DNA from: Opitutia bacterium
GTDB taxonomy: Bacteria; Verrucomicrobiota; Verrucomicrobiia; Opitutales; T3Sed10-336
NCBI GenBank assembly: GCA_003566885.1
Contig: PXBO01000048.1
Coordinates: forward strand, 17,622 to 81,621
Length of the DNA stretch: 64,000 bases
Reading direction: 5' to 3'
Positions 32,789 through 41,839 of this stretch are shown here, piece by piece. The first letter of the stretch is position 1. Each line of letters begins with the position of its first letter. Under the pieces are notes generated by a model. The model had not been told where the DNA came from, searched no databases, and worked only from the letters and a program-made list of their open reading frames with translations. The position numbers were made by a program, and so were the translations under genes.

Positions 32789-33253
32789 ATGTCGACAGAC
32801 GACCACATCACAGAAAACGACCCGCGCCTTGATCAGGCCCTCGCGATGCTCCATCAGGCCCGCCATCGGGTCACGCAACCACGGGTGGCCATCCTCAAGG
32901 CCCTGATCGAACACGAGGGTCCGATTAAGATCGAAGACATCCACCAAAAAGTGGAAGCGCACAACTGCGACCTGGCGACGGTTTACCGCTGCATCGCGGC
33001 TTTCGAAAAGATCGGCATCGTCCGGCGCTGCTTTTTCCCCGACGGCTCCAGTCTGTTCGAGTTCGTGGTGGGCGGCGAACACCATCACCACATCATCTGC
33101 ACCTCCTGCCAGAAAGTCGAAAACCTGGACGTCTGTGTAGTCGCCGGTCTCGAACGCCTGGTGCACGACCGAGGCTACAGCAACGTCTCACACATGCTGG
33201 AATTCTTCGGTACCTGTGAGGACTGTTCCGAAGATCGCTCCGGCAACCCCTGA
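32789..33253 (+). CDS. Fur-family metal-responsive transcriptional repressor (Fur/Zur/PerR not distinguishable)
   Basis: 154 aa. It has the winged-helix block ATVYRCIAAFEKIGIV, HHHHIICTSCQKV (His cluster plus CxxC) and a C-terminal CEDC. Confidence 0.9.
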   Translation: MSTDDHITENDPRLDQALAMLHQARHRVTQPRVAILKALIEHEGPIKIEDIHQKVEAHNCDLATVYRCIAAFEKIGIVRRCFFPDGSSLFEFVVGGEHHHHIICTSCQKVENLDVCVVAGLERLVHDRGYSNVSHMLEFFGTCEDCSEDRSGNP

Positions 33254-33416
33254 CCCGCCCCCCATCGAAAAGTCGGTCCGGGCATCCGACCGGAACAAAG
33301 AACGCTCCAGCCCCCGGTCCGGCCAATCTTCAGCTTTTTTAGCGGAAAACCACTCTTCAGGAGCTGCCCTTATACGAAGTACCGTCGAGTCCCGAAACGT
33401 CGTGGCGGCGGGGTTG

Positions 33417-33426
33417 CCCCCCCCCC
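33417..33426. repeat. C10 homopolymer tract in the intergenic region
   Basis: Ten consecutive C bases read directly, about 250 nt upstream of the ATG at 33676. Confidence 0.9.
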
Positions 33427-33675
33427 GAGTCTCCCGGGGTAAACCCGGTCGCCACAGATTGGCTTTATTTTCAGATTTTTTGGATACGGCTTAGGGTTCA
33501 TTATTTAGGGCGGGCCGGACCAGCCTCGAGATCGACGCAAGCCCACCGGCAAACCCCAGAATTGTATCGCAAAATTCCCGATCCAAAGCCTAAACTCGGG
33601 AACCCGGGGCGTCCTGTGTCCAGCGGACCGGTTGCAGAGTTGTCCCGCCTTAACCAACCGACAACCACGATCCAT

Positions 33676-36438
33676 ATGAAAGACCAATCCATCCTTCCAC
33701 ACCTGACGAGAGTGCTCGCAGCACTGACGGTCCTGGCGGCGACGTTCGCGGGCGCCCTTTCATCGTTCGCTCAATCGCCCTGGCAGCGGCTCGCCGAACG
33801 CCCGGATGCGCTCGGCCTCGAAGACGGACTCATCGAACACGTCTCGGCGCAGTGGAACCTCAGGCTGGTGGCCGCTTCGCAGACGGTTGCGGCGCTGTCG
33901 CCGCAAGTGGACCCGGAATTCGACTTCACTCCGTCCGAATTCCTGGAAACCCGCAGGGGCAACGGGCTTTATCACCTCGGCGACCTCAACCTGCGCCTGC
34001 GCATCGGCGAATCTCGGGAGTGGCAATCGTTCTCGAGCGCCACCGAACGCGCGCCGGTGGAAGTGATCGAGGCGGGCGGCAGTGTGATTGCGGCGGCGAA
34101 CCTGGCGGCGACCTTTCCCGAGGATCTCCCGCTGAGCATCGAGCGCTACTGGGAAATGTCTGGCGACAACCTGGTGCTGCGTTTTGAGATTACGAACATC
34201 TCGGATGAGCCTGTCGAACTTGGCTCACTGGGAATTCCACTGATCTTCAATAATATCCTGCACGGGAAATCACTCGACGAAGCCCACGTTGCCTGCGTTT
34301 TCTACGATCCCTACATCGGGCGCGACGCGGGCTACCTTCAGGCGGTGCGCCTGCACGGGAGGAGTCCGGTCCTTCTCGTGGTGCCGCACAATAAAAACAC
34401 GCCCTTCGAAGCCTACAGTCCGCTGCTGAACGATCCGACGCCCCGGGGGATCACTTTCGAAGGCTTTTACGAATGGATGGCACACAGCCGCGCCCACGCC
34501 GAAACCGACTGGACCGAGGCGGAGCCCTGGAATCGACCGACCTCGGTGCGGCTGAATCCCGGGGATTCGAGAAGTTACGGTTTGGAGTTTCTGCAGGCCG
34601 ATACGGTACACGAAATCGAATCGACCCTCGCGGCCAACGGGCGTCCGGTGGCGGTCGGCGTGCCGGGTTACGTTCTGCCGGAAAATGTCGGAGCGAAGCT
34701 GTTTCTCGATTATATCGAGCCAGTCCGCGCGATCGACGTCGAGCCGGCCGGCGCGCTAAGCGTTTCGGCCGACGGCACGACGGAAAACGGCTGGAAAGCC
34801 TACCACGTGCGCGGGATGGAATGGGGGCGCGCGCGGCTGACGGTTACCTACGAGGACGGACTGCGCCAGTCGATCAACTACAAGGTGATCAAACCCGAGG
34901 AGGACGTCGTCGGCGACATGGGACGCCTTCTCACCACCGAAGCATGGTACGACGATCCCAACGATCCTTTCAACCGGGCGCCCTCTGTGATGAGCTACGA
35001 CTACGAACGCATGGCGCCCATACTGGAAGACCAGCGTGCGTGGATCGCGGGGCTGAGCGATGAAGGCGGGGCCGGCGCCTGGTTGGCGGCGATCATGAAA
35101 CAAGCGGTAATCCCCGATGCCGGGGAGATGGAAAAACTTCAGCGGTTTGTGAACGAGACGATGTGGGGCGGCATCCAGTACAGCGAAGGCGACCGGATGT
35201 ACGGCGTACGCAAAAGTCTCTTCTTTTACGATCCGGAGGGAATGCCGGAAGGCACCTACAGCGACCACATAAACTACGGAGCGTGGTCGGCCTGGGACCG
35301 GCAGGAGGCCGAATCCACCGTGCGTTCCTACAACTACCCGCATGTCGCCGCCGCGCACTGGGTGATGTACCGTCTGGCGCGCTACCATGAAGGACTTGTT
35401 CCCGAGGAGACATGGCGGGACTCGCTGGAGCGGGCCGGTCACACCGCGATCGCGATGGTGCGGCAGGCGCCGTATTACGCGCAGTTCGGGCAGATGGGCG
35501 GAACAATCTATCTGCACATCCTGGACGACCTGCGCCGGGAAGGATTGGACGAGCTTGGCGATGAGGTCGAAGAAATCATGCGCAACCGGGCCGATGTCTG
35601 GTACCGGCTGACTTATCCCTTCGGCAGTGAAATGCCGTGGGACTCGACCGGCCAGGAGGAGGTCCATGGCTGGTCGCGGCACTTCGGATTCGACGAACGG
35701 GCGGAGGTAACGCTCAACGCGGTGCTGGCCTATATGCCGACGGTGCCGCACTGGGCGTACAACGGAAGCGCACGACGGTACTGGGATTTCTGGTACGCGG
35801 GAAAATTCTCCCGGCTCGAGCGCCAGATCCACCATTACGGGTCCGGACTGAACGCGATTCCGGTGCTGACGGAGTACCGTCACGCCCCCGAGGATTTCTA
35901 CCTGCTGCGGGTCGGTCATGCCGGACTGATCGGGGCGATCGCCAACATCACACCGGAGGGTTTCCCGCCGGCCGCCTTCCACGCGTTTCCGGACGCCTTG
36001 CGCATCGACGGAATGACCGGCGACTACGGTCCGGGTTTTCTCGGCTATGCGCTCAACACGGGCGCCTACCTCTTCGAGCACCATGAGTTCGGCTGGTTGG
36101 GATTCGGCGGAAATGTTGAGAATACGGGCGGAGAGGTCCGGATCCGTCCGACCACCGCCGCACGCAATCGCGTCTATCTCGCGCCGGTGGGACTCTGGTT
36201 AACACTTGACGCCGGGCAGTTCGATGAAGTCATCCTGGACACGGAATCGGGTGAAGTCCGTGCGGTCCTGGCTGCAAACACCGGGCATACGCCCAACGCC
36301 TACCTTCGCTTTGAGCAGAAGGCGGAAGTGGCAGGAACGGGAACCTTTGCGCTTGCAGACGCACCCGACCGAACACGCGGCGCCTACGCCATCCCGCTCG
36401 ACTCAGCTGAAACGACAACCGTGCTCCTCCGTCAATGA
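33676..36438 (+). CDS. Large secreted uncharacterised protein (possible glycoside-hydrolase-like; possibly a DUF5695-type family, unverified)
   Basis: The ATG at 33676 gives the signal peptide MKDQSILPHLTRVLAALTVLAATFAGALSSFAQSP, for a protein of about 920 aa. I recognise no catalytic family with confidence. It is a clear distant homolog of the next gene. Confidence 0.7.
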   Translation: MKDQSILPHLTRVLAALTVLAATFAGALSSFAQSPWQRLAERPDALGLEDGLIEHVSAQWNLRLVAASQTVAALSPQVDPEFDFTPSEFLETRRGNGLYHLGDLNLRLRIGESREWQSFSSATERAPVEVIEAGGSVIAAANLAATFPEDLPLSIERYWEMSGDNLVLRFEITNISDEPVELGSLGIPLIFNNILHGKSLDEAHVACVFYDPYIGRDAGYLQAVRLHGRSPVLLVVPHNKNTPFEAYSPLLNDPTPRGITFEGFYEWMAHSRAHAETDWTEAEPWNRPTSVRLNPGDSRSYGLEFLQADTVHEIESTLAANGRPVAVGVPGYVLPENVGAKLFLDYIEPVRAIDVEPAGALSVSADGTTENGWKAYHVRGMEWGRARLTVTYEDGLRQSINYKVIKPEEDVVGDMGRLLTTEAWYDDPNDPFNRAPSVMSYDYERMAPILEDQRAWIAGLSDEGGAGAWLAAIMKQAVIPDAGEMEKLQRFVNETMWGGIQYSEGDRMYGVRKSLFFYDPEGMPEGTYSDHINYGAWSAWDRQEAESTVRSYNYPHVAAAHWVMYRLARYHEGLVPEETWRDSLERAGHTAIAMVRQAPYYAQFGQMGGTIYLHILDDLRREGLDELGDEVEEIMRNRADVWYRLTYPFGSEMPWDSTGQEEVHGWSRHFGFDERAEVTLNAVLAYMPTVPHWAYNGSARRYWDFWYAGKFSRLERQIHHYGSGLNAIPVLTEYRHAPEDFYLLRVGHAGLIGAIANITPEGFPPAAFHAFPDALRIDGMTGDYGPGFLGYALNTGAYLFEHHEFGWLGFGGNVENTGGEVRIRPTTAARNRVYLAPVGLWLTLDAGQFDEVILDTESGEVRAVLAANTGHTPNAYLRFEQKAEVAGTGTFALADAPDRTRGAYAIPLDSAETTTVLLRQ

Positions 36439-36574
36439 CCTGGTTTCGGGTTAACCGTAAAGGGGCTCCGTGCCGCCCCAAGAACGATTTCCTATCAATC
36501 CGATCGGCGGGCAAACCCAAAGGTGTTCCAGACAGGAAAGCTGCGAGCGATGTTCGAGTAAATCAATAAACTAA

Positions 36575-39500
36575 ATGGAGGATGAGATTCCTGTGAGAGG
36601 ACATAAAACCAAATCTCGTTTTAAAGCAATGGCCTACTTTATCTCTGTAATTCCAGTGGTGTTATGCTTTCCGGTTATAACCTATGCAACGCCTGTTGTT
36701 GAGTCTGCAGACATTGAGACCGGGCTTTTAGCGCATAATTCGGTATCCACAGAAGAGGAAGTCGCCGCAGGAGTCGAAAAAACGGCAATCGAAGTTCCTG
36801 AGGATTGGCCTTTAGAGCATGTTGCGGTGCAGCCTGGCGATATCAGGATCCAAAACAGCAGTCTGCGGATGGATATTGGGCGCTTGGGTCAGATCAACCG
36901 CTTGAACATCATCGACAGTGACCTCAGCAGACCGCAAAATATTACTGAAAACCGGGAGATGAATTTCGTTGCCGGTCAGCATAACTGGTCAGCGGCCTTT
37001 ACAGACCATCCTGACCACCAATGGATTGGTGAGATGATTTTCTCAATCCGTACGGCTGCCACCCGGGAGGGCCTGGCTGAAGCAGGTCCCTTTCTGGAAG
37101 TTGATACCAACCGTACCCTTCAAGCCGGCGGTCGAGTTACTAACAACAACCCGACCACCGACCCCAACCTTAATCCGTTTCTTAACAGGGCATATACGGA
37201 TAAAAATCAGATTAGGGTTCGGATCAACCCGGATTCGGCCACTAGGCCGACCGGAAACGAAGAGAACCCATCCGACGGGAATCTGGACTCCGCTCTGGAA
37301 ACCGGGGGCGTGACAACTCAACGCCGCGAACGTATCATTACAAATTTCCAAGTGGACTCTGTATTTGATGCGGGCACGGACGATGGCTCCATCCTTTGGA
37401 GTATTACGATTACCAACCCGACGGACGACGAGTATATTGAATTTGGCGATATTGGCCTGCCGATGTTATGGAACGTCCGCTATTCGCGTCAAAACACATC
37501 CGGCGTCCCCAATAATAACGCTCAGCATGTTTATGACAACGCGGTGACCAGCCATAGCTTTCAAGGCGCGGACAGCGGATATTTGAAAGCCGTCCCGGCA
37601 AGGGGCGACAACTACCTGATCTTTACCCCTGTGCCCCAGTCCGGCGCCCGGATTGAGTACGTGGATCACTGGACCCGTGACAACTGGGGCGTGTCCGACG
37701 TCCACCGGTCAGGCTTTGGAATATGGGGGAACGACCGAGGGACCGGTACCGCTGGGAATACCAACAACTACAACCTTCCCGGAGTGGCCGTCGCCTACAT
37801 TCACTCTTCCAACATCCGCAATCTATCAGGTTCAAGCTACTTCCACGATACAAACAAGGGTCCGACTTACTTTACGGACACGAAGCGATTTCCGGCCAGG
37901 TATAATCCCGTAGCGCCCGGCCCGGGATTCGGCGGAGGCGGCAATCCGAGCGGACCCGATTATTTCCCGCTCTTTACATCCCTGGTACTTGGACCGGGCG
38001 AAAGCCAGACCTATCGGTTTAAGTTCCATGCAGTCCGCGGCGGTGACGGCAAACCCGACGACGTAAGAGGCGGCAGAAATAACCGTATGGACACACAGGA
38101 TCTCGAACCCAACCAGATGATGGATCGGGAAATGAATATGCGCTCGATTCTTCATGATATGGGTATGATTGATGCCGTGGCAGTGCCAAGCTTCCAACCT
38201 GCCATCAACATGCAGACACTGATCGCCCTTAGACACGATCGGAATCAGCTGGAGATTAATGAAGTCGTCATTTATTCTATCCACGAGAACGATGTCTTTA
38301 GCGATCAGCACATCCCGGCATGGGGCAGCGAAGCAGGTAGAAACCGCGGCCGCGTAACAAACACACGGGGCGAGCGTGGCCTTCCCGACGGAAACCCGGA
38401 TTATACTCGCGGCGTCGAACTCCGTGAAGACTTGTCCGGCTATCATGATGGCGAGTGGGTCTCTGTCTACGAACTGAATTTCGACACCATCGGACATAAT
38501 AGCGTCCGTGTGTATTATAACCTTATTGATGGCACTGAGGTTATACGTCCGGCATTTACGCAGTTTGAGTTCAACGTATTAACAGAACTCGATGAGTTAA
38601 CGATGGCTCATGCCGACTTCCTTAGAACGGAGCAGCAGTTTAGTTCCAATAATACATTTGAATTTCCTGATGACCCGTCACTTCATCCCCTATACGGCAT
38701 TTACTTTGACTGGCATATCAGAACAGGACCGTCAAGGATCACGGGCTTTCCCACCAGTGATATTTTCACTCCTCCGCCCGGTGCCCCGGGTGCGACCCGG
38801 TGGGGCGACGACTGGAGTCATGGCCACGCACAATTTATGGCTATGGCGAACTACATGAATCCGAGATATGAAAATATCCGCTCCCTGGAGACTTACCTGA
38901 TCGATTTCATGTGGAACCGTTACATGGGAAACAGGCATGACACCCTTCTTGTCCCGAATTTCCTGCATGAATCTCCGATTGCCGGAAGCGCAAGCATAAC
39001 CGGGGATCGCTTCTTCAGTGCCGCCATTGTTGCCAATACTTTTTTTAATATGTATCGCACCATGCGGGCATTCCCGGAGTTCATGGAATACCGGGAGGAC
39101 GCGCTATTCTACCTTGATATAGCGGCCGGCATCTGGGATAACGGGCTCCGCGGCGGATGGGGGGCAAGCGCTGGCGTTGCCTTCTACGGCGAGCAGCAAA
39201 TCGAGGATATCATCCAAGCCCTCCACAATGAGGGCCGCCGCGAAAGACGTGACTCTTTAAGGTATCTCTATACTCAAATGCGGGCTCCCGGCGCGCTCAA
39301 TTTGCACTGGCCCTTCGGATCGGAGTTTGAGTACGACAACACCACCGAGGAAGGGATCTACGCCAGAACCCTTTCAATACAGAGACACTTCCCCGATCAC
39401 GGCAGCATCATGCAGGGCGAGGAGAACAGAGTGCTGCGGCTCATGCAGATTTTCAACTGGGCGACACGGGCCAAGCGCGGCTGGCAACCGACCTGGTTTC

Positions 39501-41836
39501 AATACGGCGTTCCCGTGTTTCGCGGCGGCGAGAGCTGGTGGAATTTCCAGTACACCACTTCCCTTGCCGGATACATCATGGATGACTGGCTTAGGTTTCG
39601 GTATGATCTTCATGATTGGGATCAGGACAGTATCGCGTGGGCAAACCGCGTGAATTATGCGGCGAAGACAGGTAATTTCAACCATGTGAATATGGGGCAG
39701 ATAAATGAAAACCATATCGGCGCGGCAAGCGTTACCTATTCGATGCGCAAGGGTGCTTTTGGAGCGCAGGCGGTACAAATCGCCCCCACTCCCACAATGC
39801 ACAATGGTTGGCATGACATGGGCATGGAAGCCCCACTGGCCATCTATGGGTCGTTGCTGTCAATCAGCACCGATGTTGTCAATGACCCGATATTCGGTTC
39901 CTATGCTTATGGGGGGCACGTTACAGCATCTGACAGCAGCAGCATTACCGTGCGTCCCACCGATGGTTTCGGCAGACGGCTCAACTTCCTGGACGACAGG
40001 ATCTATATCTATTCCAAAAACAACCGAATTTCGGAAGCCCGCTTTGTTAAGGACAAATCCAGGCTCGAGCTTGACCTCTACAATCTGACCCAAGGCCCAC
40101 ATGTAGCGCAGATTGACACCTATGGCCTGACCCCCGGTTTTTACACTATTACCCTTAACGACGCACCGGCAGGTCAGTTTTACGTCCATGCTGCCGATCG
40201 AAACGAAGACGCTACCGGCCTAGGCCCACGCGCCCTGGAAGCAACCGCATTCATTAAGATACCGGATGGCGAAAATTTTACCGTTGCTTTTGCAGGAGTG
40301 AGCGACGGGACAGCACCTGAGCCAGAGCTCAACATCGTTTCACAGGTCGAAGATCCTATTGTCGGAGAGCAACTTCCGCTTCTGGTCCAGGTTGTCTGCG
40401 ACGGCAGCGCCGAGATAACTTCCGTCAAATGGAGTGTCGTTAAAGCTCCTGAGGGGGGTACGCTATCTTTCTCCGGCGAGACCCCGATTTTGATTGGTGA
40501 TTACACCACAGGCGGACGTAGAAACTCCGTCTGGACACCGGTAGATACCAGTAAGCTCAAAAGCGCTATTGCCACTCCATCCGCCACGGGTGAGTACGTT
40601 GTCCGCGCTACGGTAACAACCGGGGAGTTCACAGTTTATGAAAATATCAGCTTCACAGTCGTAGAAAACCCCTTGGCAGCGGCACCGGAGATCATTGAAG
40701 TCAGCTATGATCAACGGGCCAACACGATAAACTTACAGGCTGACGCGGTCGCGTTCGATCGTTCCGGTGCCCGTCCGCTTTTATTTGAGTGGCAACTGAT
40801 TGGCTGGCCGGAGGGCGGTCAAGATGCGGCGGTAGTATACCCAGAGGATGCAACGCAAATTATATCGAGCGGCCTTGGATCTGGTTATTTACAGCGTTCC
40901 AATGCGTTGGTCTCCATTCGGCGCAGCGGCGAGTATACAGTGCAATTACGCGTAGACGACTCAGGGCGTGTCGCGATGCAGGACATAACGGTTTCGGCAC
41001 ATGGCGATTTTAGCCTCGAAGCCTACAGTATTGTAACTCAAGCCGGGGACGTCCCGACTGACTTGCCGGAAACCATTTCAATACTGGCCGGCTCCGAGGT
41101 TCAGGATTTGGCTATTGTATGGCGCCCTCTGGATGAATCCCGCTTCATGGAGCCGGGCAGTGAAGTTGAGCTTTTGGGCACAGTTGATGTTGGTGAAGGG
41201 GTGACAATTGACGCCTCCATAACGGTGTTTGTGGTACCCGATATTAACGCACGGGTCAACGAAGCCCCGAATGGCGGGGTGTTTGCCACTTGGGACAATC
41301 CGGGTGATCTGGGCGGCATGACTGTGGTACAGCGCACAAACACTCCGTCCAATTCAGCAAATTACGCTCCTGCGGAAACCATGGGTGCGTGGCATAACTG
41401 GGGCAGGGAAACCAGTCCCGAACGAATAGAGATTACCTGGGACACACCAAGGCTGCTCGACCGCACCGAAGTGTACGTAATGCAAAACGCGGCCGGCAGC
41501 TTTAGGCCATTCTTTGATGACTTCCAAGTGCTCACAGGTCCTCCCCTGCCGCGAGGCACGGCTGGGAGACCCACGAGTGCGGCAAACTCGGTTTGGTTAG
41601 ACGAAAACTGGGTGACACCACGCAACCTGCAAGGCATGGACACAGCCAACACCCTGCATCAGTTTAACGAGATCACGTTTGAACCTATGCACGTCTATGG
41701 TGTGGCCCTTTACCTGAGTCCTGGCGCCGGTCCCACCGAACTTGGCGTTGGCCTGCTTCGCTGGTGGCCCATGGGCTACGATATGGATGTGCAGGCGGGT
41801 GAATCTCCTCTGGAACGTGAGTCGGAGGACTTGTAG
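36575..41836 (+). CDS. Giant secreted protein: homolog of 33676-36438 with extra insertions and C-terminal Ig/PKD-like, Big_4-like and discoidin-like modules
   Basis: 1753-aa ORF. GGAGGA at 36578-36583 lies 9 nt upstream of an in-frame GTG at 36593, which would give a signal peptide starting VRGHKTKSRFKAMAYFISVIPVVLCFPVITYA. Composition is visibly lower in GC than both flanks. Confidence 0.8.
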   Translation: MEDEIPVRGHKTKSRFKAMAYFISVIPVVLCFPVITYATPVVESADIETGLLAHNSVSTEEEVAAGVEKTAIEVPEDWPLEHVAVQPGDIRIQNSSLRMDIGRLGQINRLNIIDSDLSRPQNITENREMNFVAGQHNWSAAFTDHPDHQWIGEMIFSIRTAATREGLAEAGPFLEVDTNRTLQAGGRVTNNNPTTDPNLNPFLNRAYTDKNQIRVRINPDSATRPTGNEENPSDGNLDSALETGGVTTQRRERIITNFQVDSVFDAGTDDGSILWSITITNPTDDEYIEFGDIGLPMLWNVRYSRQNTSGVPNNNAQHVYDNAVTSHSFQGADSGYLKAVPARGDNYLIFTPVPQSGARIEYVDHWTRDNWGVSDVHRSGFGIWGNDRGTGTAGNTNNYNLPGVAVAYIHSSNIRNLSGSSYFHDTNKGPTYFTDTKRFPARYNPVAPGPGFGGGGNPSGPDYFPLFTSLVLGPGESQTYRFKFHAVRGGDGKPDDVRGGRNNRMDTQDLEPNQMMDREMNMRSILHDMGMIDAVAVPSFQPAINMQTLIALRHDRNQLEINEVVIYSIHENDVFSDQHIPAWGSEAGRNRGRVTNTRGERGLPDGNPDYTRGVELREDLSGYHDGEWVSVYELNFDTIGHNSVRVYYNLIDGTEVIRPAFTQFEFNVLTELDELTMAHADFLRTEQQFSSNNTFEFPDDPSLHPLYGIYFDWHIRTGPSRITGFPTSDIFTPPPGAPGATRWGDDWSHGHAQFMAMANYMNPRYENIRSLETYLIDFMWNRYMGNRHDTLLVPNFLHESPIAGSASITGDRFFSAAIVANTFFNMYRTMRAFPEFMEYREDALFYLDIAAGIWDNGLRGGWGASAGVAFYGEQQIEDIIQALHNEGRRERRDSLRYLYTQMRAPGALNLHWPFGSEFEYDNTTEEGIYARTLSIQRHFPDHGSIMQGEENRVLRLMQIFNWATRAKRGWQPTWFQYGVPVFRGGESWWNFQYTTSLAGYIMDDWLRFRYDLHDWDQDSIAWANRVNYAAKTGNFNHVNMGQINENHIGAASVTYSMRKGAFGAQAVQIAPTPTMHNGWHDMGMEAPLAIYGSLLSISTDVVNDPIFGSYAYGGHVTASDSSSITVRPTDGFGRRLNFLDDRIYIYSKNNRISEARFVKDKSRLELDLYNLTQGPHVAQIDTYGLTPGFYTITLNDAPAGQFYVHAADRNEDATGLGPRALEATAFIKIPDGENFTVAFAGVSDGTAPEPELNIVSQVEDPIVGEQLPLLVQVVCDGSAEITSVKWSVVKAPEGGTLSFSGETPILIGDYTTGGRRNSVWTPVDTSKLKSAIATPSATGEYVVRATVTTGEFTVYENISFTVVENPLAAAPEIIEVSYDQRANTINLQADAVAFDRSGARPLLFEWQLIGWPEGGQDAAVVYPEDATQIISSGLGSGYLQRSNALVSIRRSGEYTVQLRVDDSGRVAMQDITVSAHGDFSLEAYSIVTQAGDVPTDLPETISILAGSEVQDLAIVWRPLDESRFMEPGSEVELLGTVDVGEGVTIDASITVFVVPDINARVNEAPNGGVFATWDNPGDLGGMTVVQRTNTPSNSANYAPAETMGAWHNWGRETSPERIEITWDTPRLLDRTEVYVMQNAAGSFRPFFDDFQVLTGPPLPRGTAGRPTSAANSVWLDENWVTPRNLQGMDTANTLHQFNEITFEPMHVYGVALYLSPGAGPTELGVGLLRWWPMGYDMDVQAGESPLERESEDL

Positions 41837-41839
41837 CCG

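Noticed and set aside
32639-33166. N-terminal extension of the tracked 326-aa minus-strand ORF
   Set aside because: It is antisense to the Fur-family gene. The conserved Minf_1886-like sequence begins at the internal Met at 32638 (or 32722).
36439-41839. Mobile-element hallmarks around the low-GC gene
   Set aside because: I looked for integrase or transposase ORFs, flanking direct or inverted repeats and tRNA targets, and found none. The island is therefore reported only as compositional evidence of HGT, not as a mobile element.
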